Shown piece by piece: positions 9,139 to 17,908 of a DNA stretch of 33,886 bases. The position numbers were made by a program, and so were the translations under genes. The notes beneath the pieces were generated by a model, which saw only the letters and a program-made list of their open reading frames with translations, made no database searches and was not told the origin of the DNA. Position 1 is the stretch's first letter, and each line of letters begins with the position of its first letter. The DNA lies in the NCBI GenBank assembly GCA_964507635.1, contig CAZDPZ010000002.1, positions 1 to 33,886 on the forward strand, in the 5' to 3' direction. The stretch comes from an uncultured Clostridium sp. Lineage in GTDB: Bacteria > Bacillota_I > Bacilli_A > RF39 > UBA660.

Positions 9139-10356
9139 TTAATCCTCTCTTTCAAGAGCCATACTCATACAATGAGGTCCGCCTCTTCCTCTAGATAATT
9201 CACTACTTGGAACTTCTATTATTTTAACTCCAGCTTTTCTAAAAGTTTCATTTGATACATAATTTCTATCATATGCTACAGCTACACCAGGTCTTATTGT
9301 TAATAAGTTAGCTCCATCTGACCATTGTTCTCTTTCAGCAGGAATTCTTTTTCCTCCTCCACATAAAATTAAATTTACTTTTTTGATTTTTAAATATTTT
9401 TCTAATATTTTATCTAATGGTAAATCAACTTCTACAATATTTATATCATTTTTCCCATTAGTTATTTCAAATACTTTTGTTATTAACATTACTTGTGAAT
9501 GAACAGCAAACTTATCAACATCAAGTCTTGTCATAACAGTATCTAAATGCATAAAACTTCTTTCATCTGGAATATCAAATCCTAAAACATATTTAAATTT
9601 ATTATTTGGATCACTAAATATATTTTTTGCAAATAATGCTATAGCATCAGGCTCTGTTCTTTGTGAAATACCTATAGCTATTACTTCGTTACTTAAAACT
9701 TGAATATCTCCGCCTTCTATTGAATATGGATTATATCTATCATAATATTTAGGAGTATTCTTATATTCTGGATGATACTTAAATATATATTCAGCAAATA
9801 TTGTTTCTCTTTGTCTTGTAACCGAATACATTTTATGAATAGTAACTCCATCTCCTACACTAGCAAATGGATCTCTTGGAGCATATAAGTTAGGAAGAGG
9901 ATCTAATATCATTTTTCCCATATCTCTAGTAGAATAAAATCCACTACTTGGTCTATATCCTTCCAAATCTTCACTATCTATACCAGTGATACACTTACTT
10001 ATTAATTCTCTATTACTTTTAAAAGCATTTAAATAATCATAAACTAAATCAAATACTTTTGGAGATGTAACTCCACCTTCTTTAATAAATTGATGTAAAA
10101 ATTTTTCTCTAACTTTAGGATGAGTATCTAATGCTTCAGCTGCTAAATCAACTAAGTATACTACCTCTACTCCTTCTGCTCTCAATGCACCAGCAAAAAC
10201 ATCATGCTCTTCTTGTGCTTTTTTTAAATATGGAACATCATCAAATAGTAACCTTTCCAATGTATTAGGAGTTAAATTTAAAAATTCATCTCCTGGTCTA
10301 TGTAAAAGCACCTTCTTTAAATTTCCAATTTCATTATATACATGAATACCTGACAT
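9139..10356 (-). CDS. arcA: Arginine deiminase
   Basis: 405 aa. N-terminus is VYNEIGNLKKVLLHRPGDE...LLFDD. C-terminal catalytic-Cys motif RGRGGPHCMSMALER. AGGAGG RBS. Confidence 0.93.
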   Translation of the reverse strand: MSGIHVYNEIGNLKKVLLHRPGDEFLNLTPNTLERLLFDDVPYLKKAQEEHDVFAGALRAEGVEVVYLVDLAAEALDTHPKVREKFLHQFIKEGGVTSPKVFDLVYDYLNAFKSNRELISKCITGIDSEDLEGYRPSSGFYSTRDMGKMILDPLPNLYAPRDPFASVGDGVTIHKMYSVTRQRETIFAEYIFKYHPEYKNTPKYYDRYNPYSIEGGDIQVLSNEVIAIGISQRTEPDAIALFAKNIFSDPNNKFKYVLGFDIPDERSFMHLDTVMTRLDVDKFAVHSQVMLITKVFEITNGKNDINIVEVDLPLDKILEKYLKIKKVNLILCGGGKRIPAEREQWSDGANLLTIRPGVAVAYDRNYVSNETFRKAGVKIIEVPSSELSRGRGGPHCMSMALERED

Positions 10357-10413
10357 ATTCTTCCTCCTTTATTCTTTATTCAATTATAACTAATTACAAT
10401 AAAAAAGTAAATC

Positions 10414-11118
10414 TTATTTCTTTAAGAAAGATTTTACTTTTTCATTTTTACATTCCTTTATTTCTTTTGGTGTTCCACAATATAATATTTTACCTTGTGC
10501 TAAAAAAAGTACTTTATCAGCAAACGAATTCACTAAATTCATCTCATGTGATACTACAACAATAGTTGTAGTTTTAGATAATTCATTTAATAAATCAATA
10601 AAATCTTTTATTACTTCAGGATCTAATGCAGAAGTAGGCTCATCAAATAATATTATTTCGGGGTCAGTAGCTAAACTTCTTGCTATGGCTACCCTTTGTT
10701 TCTCTCCACCACTTAATGTTTTAGGATACTCGTTAATTTTATCCAATATATGAACTTTATCTAATAATTTTCTTGCTTTAATATTTATTTCTTTTTTAGT
10801 TCCAAGTTTCAATAAATTTGGAGCCAAACATACATTTTCTTTAACAGTTAAATGAGGAAACAAATTAAAGTTTTGAAATACCATTCCTATTCTACTTTTT
10901 AATGTAACGTCATCTATATCTTTAATATCTATTCCATTTAATAAAATATTTCCTTTATCATTCTTTTCAAGACCATTTAAACATCTTATCAAAGTAGTCT
11001 TTCCTCCTCCAGAAGGACCTATTATTAATAATTTCTCATTATCTTTTATTTCAAAACTTATATTATTAAATACAGTATCTTTTCCAAATTTTTTACTTAT
11101 ATTATTTACTTGTATCAT
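10414..11118 (-). CDS. Polar amino-acid ABC transporter, ATP-binding subunit (GlnQ/ArtP-like)
   Basis: Walker A GPSGGGKTT, signature LSGGEKQRVAIARSL, Walker B IILFDEPTSALD. Confidence 0.92.
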   Translation of the reverse strand: MIQVNNISKKFGKDTVFNNISFEIKDNEKLLIIGPSGGGKTTLIRCLNGLEKNDKGNILLNGIDIKDIDDVTLKSRIGMVFQNFNLFPHLTVKENVCLAPNLLKLGTKKEINIKARKLLDKVHILDKINEYPKTLSGGEKQRVAIARSLATDPEIILFDEPTSALDPEVIKDFIDLLNELSKTTTIVVVSHEMNLVNSFADKVLFLAQGKILYCGTPKEIKECKNEKVKSFLKK

Positions 11119-11818
11119 TTATATCCAACTTTCTTTCAATAGATTTCATTACTTTACTTATTATTGTAGTAAGAAATAAATATATTAAAGCAACAATAAT
11201 TAATGGAAAAAAATAATTATATGTACGAGAAGCTATTGTATCTGATGCTTTTGTTAAATCTAAAATTCCAATATAACCAACAATAGATGTTTCTTTTATC
11301 ATAGTTACAAGTTCATTACCCATAGATGGTAAACTTATTTTTACAGCTTGTGGAATAATAATATGAATTAGCGTTTTAGTATAACTAAGTCCTAAAGAAA
11401 GTCCAGCTTCCATTTGACCATCATCTACACTATCAAATCCACTTCTAAATATTTCAGCACAATATGCTCCTGAATTTAAACCAAAAGCAAGTATTCCAAC
11501 TATTATAGGACTTATAGAAGAAGTTCTAAAAATAACATAATATATTATCATTAATTGTAATAATACTGGAGTCCCTCTTATAACACCAACATACAAATTA
11601 CAAAGTTTATTTAAAAATTTAAATATTTTTTTATTTTTATACGTATATCTAATTATAGATACTAATCCACCTATAATAATACCCAATAAAACTGCTCCAA
11701 AAGATATAATAATTGTTTTTTCAAGTCCTCTTAAAAGAAGCATATAACGTCCGTCATATACAACTGTATTATAAAATTCACCAAATACTTTTAATACCCA
11801 ATCAACTATTCTTTCCAT
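11102..11818 (-). CDS. Polar amino-acid ABC transporter, permease subunit
   Basis: 238 aa with about 5 TM helices. EAA-type loop QMEAGLSLGLSYTKTLIHIIIPQA, typical of His/Glu/Gln/Arg-family permeases. Overlaps the ATPase gene by 17 nt. Confidence 0.9.
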   Translation of the reverse strand: MERIVDWVLKVFGEFYNTVVYDGRYMLLLRGLEKTIIISFGAVLLGIIIGGLVSIIRYTYKNKKIFKFLNKLCNLYVGVIRGTPVLLQLMIIYYVIFRTSSISPIIVGILAFGLNSGAYCAEIFRSGFDSVDDGQMEAGLSLGLSYTKTLIHIIIPQAVKISLPSMGNELVTMIKETSIVGYIGILDLTKASDTIASRTYNYFFPLIIVALIYLFLTTIISKVMKSIERKLDINDTSK

Positions 11819-11821
11819 CTT

Positions 11822-12550
11822 TTATGAGGAATGATTTATTGTAAACTCCTCTATTTTCCCTTCTTTTATTAATTTTTCCAATACTTCATTTATCTTACTC
11901 AATAATTCACTATTTCCTTTTTTAACAGCAATAGCATACTTATCTGTAAATACTTCTACATCTAATATTTCTAATTCCGAATTTTCTTTTATTAAGAGTT
12001 CTGCTGGTAGACTATCCATTATCATACAATCAGATTTACCAGTTTTAACATCTTCACTAGCACCTAAGAATTTTTTCTGAGTAATAAGTGTTGCATTTTT
12101 ATATTCATCTTGAATAAACATATCAGCAACACTTCCTAATTGTACTGATATAGTTTTATCTGCTAAATCATCTAATGTTTTGATTTTATCATACCCTTTT
12201 CTAACAATAATTACTTGTTTACTAGTAGCATATTCTATTGAAAAATCAACATTTTTCTTTCTATCTTCAGTTATACTCATTCCTGCCGCAGCAAAATCTG
12301 CTTTACCAGAATTAAGTTCATTAATAATTGAATCAAACGCAATATCTCTAATAACTAACTCTTTTCCTAAATAATTAGCTATCTCATTAGCAATATCAAC
12401 ATCTACTCCAACAATTTCTCCTCCACTTACATATTCATATGGTGAGAATCCTGATTCTGTTACCATAACTATAGTATTATCATCTTTTTCACATCCACAA
12501 AAAAGTAATAAACATAATATAAAAGTCAAAAGTTTAATATATTTTTTCAT
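11822..12550 (-). CDS. Polar amino-acid ABC transporter, substrate-binding lipoprotein (SBP family 3)
   Basis: Signal peptide with lipobox-like LLFCGC, plus GVDVDIANEIA and FAAAGMSITEDRKKNVDFS segments typical of SBP_bac_3. AGGAGGA RBS. Confidence 0.9.
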   Translation of the reverse strand: MKKYIKLLTFILCLLLFCGCEKDDNTIVMVTESGFSPYEYVSGGEIVGVDVDIANEIANYLGKELVIRDIAFDSIINELNSGKADFAAAGMSITEDRKKNVDFSIEYATSKQVIIVRKGYDKIKTLDDLADKTISVQLGSVADMFIQDEYKNATLITQKKFLGASEDVKTGKSDCMIMDSLPAELLIKENSELEILDVEVFTDKYAIAVKKGNSELLSKINEVLEKLIKEGKIEEFTINHSS

Positions 12551-12652
12551 ATATCCTCCTATAGTAATTATAAATTAAAAACGATTATTAATCAATAAAT
12601 AGTTTTAAATTATTATTTTTTATATTATAATATTTGTGAGGTGAATTAAATA

Positions 12653-13279
12653 ATGAAAAAAACGTTACTTACTATTATTCTATTATTAATAGCATTCAAT
12701 GTTAAAGCTTATGAAAATGAATACTTTAAAATTACTATTCCACAAGAATTTACTGAAACAAAAGAAGAAGAACAAAATATATATAAATGGTCTAATTCTT
12801 CTAATGATACTATAATTATAACAGTTTCTTCAAATACTGATAATTATGATATAAGTAAATTTAATGATAATGACTTAAAGGATTATGAAACTTATATTGA
12901 AGAAACTTTAAATAATGAATTGTCTCAATATAGTATAAAAGTTGAAGCAAATAATTCAAAAATAGATACATTAAATAATAAAAGTGTATTAACATATGAT
13001 GTGTTTTGGCCAACAAAAGAATCTTATGGATTTGATACGTACCAACGTGCTTATGTTTTTACAACAAATAAATATGTTATAACATATACTTATACTAGTG
13101 ATTCTATAATAAGTGAAGAGAATGAATATTATAAAAATTCTATTTCTTCTTTAGAAATATTAGATGATGAAATTAAAGATAATTCATTCTTTTCTAAAAG
13201 AATAAATATAATAATTATAGTGGGTGTTGTTGCTGGTATTATAGGATATATTATTTCCGCATTAAAAAAAAGAAAGTAA
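12653..13279 (+). CDS. Hypothetical exported protein with a C-terminal TM anchor (208 aa)
   Basis: Signal peptide MKKTLLTIILLLIAFNVKA, a beta-rich Asn/Thr/Tyr domain, and a C-terminal helix IIIIVGVVAGIIGYIISAL followed by KKRK. GAGGTG RBS. One of only two plus-strand genes. Confidence 0.65.
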   Translation: MKKTLLTIILLLIAFNVKAYENEYFKITIPQEFTETKEEEQNIYKWSNSSNDTIIITVSSNTDNYDISKFNDNDLKDYETYIEETLNNELSQYSIKVEANNSKIDTLNNKSVLTYDVFWPTKESYGFDTYQRAYVFTTNKYVITYTYTSDSIISEENEYYKNSISSLEILDDEIKDNSFFSKRINIIIIVGVVAGIIGYIISALKKRK

Positions 13280-13912
13280 TTATGATACTTTCCTCTTGAT
13301 CCTTTCAAGGATCTTTTTTTCTTGTCTATAAACATTAGCTTGTGAAATACCAAGTTTTGAAGCAACTTCACATTGTGTACAATCACAATAATATCTATAT
13401 TCTATAATTTTTCTTTCATAATCAGTTAAACCATCTAGTGCGCTACTTACTAGTAAACTTGTGTCTATTCTTTCTCTTTCATCAGTATATAGCACTTCAT
13501 AAACATTTTCATATGTTTCAATACTCTTAGTAAATGTTACACTTTCTATTATTCTTAACATTATACTCTCTTCTATTTCCATAAATAAACATACTTCACT
13601 AAATGATGGATCTTTTCCATTTTTATTATACAATAACGATTTAATACTAACATATCTTTTATATATATCATATTGCTCTTTTCCAATAACAATATTTCTA
13701 TCTTTTTTTATGTATTCAATCATTTCTCCTAAAATATATTTATATGCATATGTTGAAAACTTAGCATTAGATTCATTGTTATACTTTTTATATGCTTTAA
13801 TTACTCCTAAACAACCTACTTGATATAAATCTTCTAATGGATAATTGTTAGAATACTTACTAGCTAACTTATATATTAAACCTTCACATTCTTTTATAAC
13901 ATTTTCTATCAT
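13280..13912 (-). CDS. Group-3 sigma-70 family sigma factor, SigF/SigG/SigB-like
   Basis: Region 2 is DLYQVGCLGVIKAYKKY...FSTYAYKYILGEM. Region 4 is YERKIIEYRYYCDCTQCEVASKLGISQANVYRQEKKILERIK. Both align by eye with B. subtilis SigF. The ATG overlaps the STAS stop (ATGA), and AGGAG lies 11 nt upstream. Confidence 0.85.
   Translation of the reverse strand: MIENVIKECEGLIYKLASKYSNNYPLEDLYQVGCLGVIKAYKKYNNESNAKFSTYAYKYILGEMIEYIKKDRNIVIGKEQYDIYKRYVSIKSLLYNKNGKDPSFSEVCLFMEIEESIMLRIIESVTFTKSIETYENVYEVLYTDERERIDTSLLVSSALDGLTDYERKIIEYRYYCDCTQCEVASKLGISQANVYRQEKKILERIKRKVS
13298..13320 (+). terminator. Intrinsic terminator for the plus-strand gene, embedded in the 3' end of the convergent sigma-factor CDS
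   Basis: Stem GATCCT (13298-13303), loop TTCA, stem AGGATC (13308-13313), then T7 (13314-20). It is the only GC-containing hairpin in the vicinity. Confidence 0.55.
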
Positions 13913-14250
13913 ATAGTAAAAACTCCTAATGAAGTTAATTCGTTTTTAGTTTTAAAACAATAATCAAACAATTCACTATTTTTAATTCTTTCTTTTATTT
14001 TTTCATTTATTTCACATATAGCTAATTTTCCATCAAATCTACTCAATATATTAGATATTCTTATAATTGAATCTAGTCCTTTAGAATCAATAAGTTCAAC
14101 ATCATATAAATTTATTGTTACATACTTACTTCCTAATCCTAATATTATTGGAATAACTTCTGATTCAAACTTTTTTATTTTATTTCCAACTAATAGTCCA
14201 TTTATTCTTATAAATAATACTCCCTTTCTGTACTCTATGTTTGTTTTCAT
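13909..14250 (-). CDS. STAS-domain anti-sigma-factor antagonist (SpoIIAA/RsbV-like)
   Basis: 113 aa, collinear by eye with B. subtilis SpoIIAA: VLFIRINGLL, VTINLYDVELIDSKGLDSI with the Ser context retained, KLAICEI, ELF, and a C-terminal SLGV. Confidence 0.8.
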   Translation of the reverse strand: MKTNIEYRKGVLFIRINGLLVGNKIKKFESEVIPIILGLGSKYVTINLYDVELIDSKGLDSIIRISNILSRFDGKLAICEINEKIKERIKNSELFDYCFKTKNELTSLGVFTI

Positions 14251-14290
14251 TTTATCTCCTATAAAAATAATAATATATTATTAAAAAATA

Positions 14291-15463
14291 TTAAATCTTT
14301 TCGACATAATTAGATTTTTTATTCGTTCGACATATTTTAACTTTATTTTTAATTAATAAAAAACTTATTATAGTAACTGCTAAAAAACTTATTATAATTC
14401 TTACTATATAAATATTTATATTATCATATGTTTTAGGATTAGAAGGTATTACTTCTTCTTCCTCTTCAATATTATTATTTTCTTCATTAATGACATCCTT
14501 TTTAATAACATAATACATCATACAATTTTCTTTTACACATTCACTTTCATCTAATACAAGATTTCCATCTTCATTTACTAAAACATATTCATTAGTTATA
14601 TATCTACAAAATTCTTTAGCAGTAGTTTCATCTTTTTTATATCCTTCTAAATAAGAATAATACTCTTCTTCATATACTTTTTTTATTTCATATGTTTTAT
14701 ATAATTTGTCTTCATAAAAATAAAGTGGCAATGTTACAGTTAAACATGGTGTCATATTAGATTCATTAAATGAAATAGTGCATCCATTTTCACATGTATT
14801 AAATCCAATAAACTTCTTATATATTGGATAAGTATCTAATACAGAAAAACTAAATTTGAGTTCATTATTATCTGCGAGAGATTTATAAATAATATCAACA
14901 TTTAATTCACTTATATCATACTTTTTATCTAATGATAGAACTATATTGCCAAGAGCATTAATCCTTTTATATTCATATGTATTCCCATCACTCAAATAAG
15001 ATAATTCATTTTTAGAAGTATAATTTATACTTTCATTAGTCTTTATATTTTTAACAATTATTTCTGAAACATAGACAGAATCTTTAAATATAAAATTACT
15101 GATATAAATATTCGTTATATCACTACTTAAAAAAGTATAATCACCATCTTTTATATAAGTTACTCTATCTATATAATTTTCTGGAACAACATATGTTAAA
15201 TCAGAATGAATATCAATTTTATAATCATTATAATCAACTAATGAGGAACCAATATCTTCTTTTCTTAAATATCTAATATTCTCTATCCTATCCTTATACC
15301 ATTTATATCTTACCTCCTTTTCTATTAGTATTTCATTAATGCCACTAGGACACTTTTCTTGCCAAGATGAATAATCATATATTTCTTCATGATCATCAGT
15401 AGCTTTTACTCTTATAGATAATATTAATAATGAGTAAAATAATAACTTTAATATCTTTTTCAT
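14291..15463 (-). CDS. Hypothetical surface protein (390 aa) with a signal peptide and a C-terminal NPKTY-hydrophobic-basic tail
   Basis: The ATG at 15463 (MKKILKLLFYSLLILSI) is preceded by AGGAGGAAAT, whereas the ORF-track start at 15508 has no RBS. The C-terminus is EEEEEVIPSNPKTYDN, then a 20-aa helix, then KNKVKICRTNKK. Confidence 0.7.
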   Translation of the reverse strand: MKKILKLLFYSLLILSIRVKATDDHEEIYDYSSWQEKCPSGINEILIEKEVRYKWYKDRIENIRYLRKEDIGSSLVDYNDYKIDIHSDLTYVVPENYIDRVTYIKDGDYTFLSSDITNIYISNFIFKDSVYVSEIIVKNIKTNESINYTSKNELSYLSDGNTYEYKRINALGNIVLSLDKKYDISELNVDIIYKSLADNNELKFSFSVLDTYPIYKKFIGFNTCENGCTISFNESNMTPCLTVTLPLYFYEDKLYKTYEIKKVYEEEYYSYLEGYKKDETTAKEFCRYITNEYVLVNEDGNLVLDESECVKENCMMYYVIKKDVINEENNNIEEEEEVIPSNPKTYDNINIYIVRIIISFLAVTIISFLLIKNKVKICRTNKKSNYVEKI

Positions 15464-15533
15464 ATTTCCTCCTTTCATTATCATTATTGATAAAAAAAAG
15501 AAGAACACTTCTTTTTAATAAAATATTATTATT

Positions 15534-16673
15534 TTATTTATGTATTCCACTTATTATACTTTTAAATGTATTATAAATTACTTCTAAATAATTAGATTTC
15601 TTTATATCATTAAATATTATTAAATCATAAGTATATGATTCATTATTGTATTTAAGTTTTATTTCTCCTACTTTACTATTTTTACTTAAAGGAGCAGAAA
15701 TATTATTTAACTTAGTCTTTACTTCATAATCTATATCTCTCTTACCTTTTTCAACAATCATATTTATATCACTCTTAATACCGTAATATACTATTCTATC
15801 TTTAGCATTATCTACATATAATTGTTTTTTATATATATTTGAATCTATAATTGCTTCTAATCCATAATTACTAAATCCATATTCTAATAGGCTTATTGTA
15901 TCTTTTGTTCTATTATCTTTAGTATCACTTGACATAACAATACTTATAAGTCTCATATTATTCTTTTTTTTAGTTGCTGTTAAACAATATTTAGCATTAT
16001 CTGTATAGCCTGTTTTTAAGCCATCTATTCCTTCATAAAATCTAACTAACTTATTTGTATTAACTATCCAATGATTGCTTCCAGATACCTCAATATGGTC
16101 TTCATACGTACTAGTAATATTCAATATATCCTTATGAGTAACAAGTTCCCTAGCAATAAGCGATAAATCATAAGCTGTAGTATAATGATTATCTTCATCA
16201 AGTCCATGAGGATTCATAAAATTAGTATCTTTACATCCAAGTTCTCTAGCCCTTTCATTCATTAAATTAACAAATACTTTTTCATTTCCACTAATATGTT
16301 CAGCCATAGCAACACTAGCATCATTAGCGGAAGCAATTCCTATTCCTTTTAATAAATTCTTTACACTAACATAAGTATTTTCTTTTACAAATATTTGTGT
16401 TCCTCCCATAGAGGAAGCATTCTTTGAAATAAAAACTTGATCATCATATGATATTTTATTGCTTTCTATCGCTTCAATAGAAAGTAATAATGTCATTATT
16501 TTTGTCATACTAGCAGGACTCATTTTTTCATGTATATTCTTTTCATATAATATTTTTCCCGTACTTGATTCAATAAGAATTGAACTTTTAGAATGTTCTG
16601 TTAAATCAACATTAGCATTTAAATTATTTATAAATACAAATAATAAAATAATTAATAATAATATTTTTTTCAT
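15534..16673 (-). CDS. D-alanyl-D-alanine carboxypeptidase (PBP5 / S11 peptidase, DacA/DacF type)
   Basis: Signal peptide; SxxK (SPASMTKIMT), SxN (IASANDAS) and KTG (LKTGYTD) motifs; PBP5-like C-terminal domain. Confidence 0.9.
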   Translation of the reverse strand: MKKILLLIILLFVFINNLNANVDLTEHSKSSILIESSTGKILYEKNIHEKMSPASMTKIMTLLLSIEAIESNKISYDDQVFISKNASSMGGTQIFVKENTYVSVKNLLKGIGIASANDASVAMAEHISGNEKVFVNLMNERARELGCKDTNFMNPHGLDEDNHYTTAYDLSLIARELVTHKDILNITSTYEDHIEVSGSNHWIVNTNKLVRFYEGIDGLKTGYTDNAKYCLTATKKKNNMRLISIVMSSDTKDNRTKDTISLLEYGFSNYGLEAIIDSNIYKKQLYVDNAKDRIVYYGIKSDINMIVEKGKRDIDYEVKTKLNNISAPLSKNSKVGEIKLKYNNESYTYDLIIFNDIKKSNYLEVIYNTFKSIISGIHK

Positions 16674-16700
16674 TTTCCACCTAATAAATATTATGAAATT

Positions 16701-16727
16701 AAAAAAAAAGTATACTTTCCGTATACT
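16701..16727 (-). terminator. Intrinsic terminator after the SPFH gene
   Basis: On the minus strand: AGTATAC-GGAAA-GTATACT (16709-16727) followed by T8 (16701-16708). It begins 1 nt after the stop codon at 16729-16731. Confidence 0.55.
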
Positions 16728-16728
16728 C

Positions 16729-17520
16729 TTAGTTTTGATTATTTTTATTATTAATTATTTTCTTAACAATATCAGAACCATTTCCTGTGTCAAACGCTCT
16801 TAACATTTCAATTGGAATACAAAATACCAAAGTATTTGACTGATCACTACTTACATCATTAATAGTGGATAATGTTCTTAAATGTAATGCTCCCGGAGTA
16901 CTAGCCATTGTTCTAGCAGCTTCTGCTAAATTCTTTGAAGCTTCTACTTCTCCACTTGCTTTAGTAATAACAGCAAGTTTTTCTCTTTCAGCTTCAGCAA
17001 CCTTTGCAATAACTCTTTTCATATCTTCTGGAAGAGCAACATCTTTTAATTCAACATTTTCAACTTTAATTCCCCATGGATCCGTAGCTTCATCAATTAT
17101 CTTACAAATAGCTACTGATAATTTTTCTCTTTCAGCAAGCAATTCATCTAATGAAACTGACCCTACTACATTTCTCATAGTAGTTTGAGCAAGTTGACTA
17201 ACTGCATAATAAAAATTTTCTACTTCTAAAATAGCCTTAGAAGCATCAAATATCTTATAATATATAACTGCATTTATTCTAACAGAAACATTATCTTTAG
17301 TAATAGCATCTTGTTCTGGAACATCTACTGCTTTAGTTCTAATATCTACTTTTTTATATGACTCGAATATGGGTAAAACTATTTTCCATCCTGGTTCCAT
17401 TATATTAACGAATTTACCTCTTGAGAATTTAATTCCCCTTTCATATTCATTAATTTGAACTATACTTTTTAGTAGAATAAATACTATTATTATAATTATA
17501 GCAATTGTTAATCCATTCAT
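16729..17520 (-). CDS. SPFH/band-7 domain protein (stomatin/slipin-like)
   Basis: N-terminal TM helix, then RTKAVDVPEQDAITKDNVSVRINAVIYYKI and an Ala/Glu-rich coiled C-terminal region (AKVAEAEREKLAVITKASGE), typical of prokaryotic stomatins. Confidence 0.88.
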   Translation of the reverse strand: MNGLTIAIIIIIVFILLKSIVQINEYERGIKFSRGKFVNIMEPGWKIVLPIFESYKKVDIRTKAVDVPEQDAITKDNVSVRINAVIYYKIFDASKAILEVENFYYAVSQLAQTTMRNVVGSVSLDELLAEREKLSVAICKIIDEATDPWGIKVENVELKDVALPEDMKRVIAKVAEAEREKLAVITKASGEVEASKNLAEAARTMASTPGALHLRTLSTINDVSSDQSNTLVFCIPIEMLRAFDTGNGSDIVKKIINNKNNQN

Positions 17521-17572
17521 TTTAAAACTCCTTTCATTAATATTATACTATATAAAAAAGAATATTTAAACA

Positions 17573-17908
17573 CTATCCTTCTTTAATAACTTCATCACAT
17601 TTTATATTAAATTCATAATTATTAACTATTATTCCTTTTTTTATAGTTACTTCTTTAATACAGTATTCATCTAATGTATTAGTTTTACCTAAATAGCCTT
17701 CTTCAATTAACTTATCTATTTTTATAGTATACGTTTTATTAAAAGATGGCATCAATTCTTTATCTTTTAAATATTCAACATAAGATTCTTTTATATTACG
17801 TTTAAGTCTTAACAAATCTTTATCTCCTTGATTATTACCAAGTACTATTAATGTAGCACATATTAATACAATAATTGTTCCCCATAAAATCATTATTTTA
17901 CTATTCAT
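17573..17908 (-). CDS. Small N-terminally anchored protein with a C-terminal Cys pair (pilin-like layout), unknown function
   Basis: The ATG at 17906-17908 overlaps the upstream stop by 1 nt (TAATG); the ORF-track start at 17914 is TTG. One N-terminal helix. C-terminus reads CIKEVTIKKGIIVNNYEFNIKC. Confidence 0.55.
   Translation of the reverse strand: MNSKIMILWGTIIVLICATLIVLGNNQGDKDLLRLKRNIKESYVEYLKDKELMPSFNKTYTIKIDKLIEEGYLGKTNTLDEYCIKEVTIKKGIIVNNYEFNIKCDEVIKEG

Noticed and set aside
16674-16727. A forespore-type (SigF/SigG) promoter upstream of the dac gene: GTATA, 15 nt, CATAATA on the minus strand.
   Set aside because: The -10-like element is of the SigG type, but the spacer matches neither the SigG nor the SigF consensus spacing as I recall them. 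Both short motifs are common in AT-rich DNA.
17573-17908. The 111-aa protein upstream of the SPFH gene as an NfeD-type partner.
   Set aside because: It has one TM helix only and none of the NfeD C-terminal OB-fold sequence character. A 52-nt gap separates the two genes.
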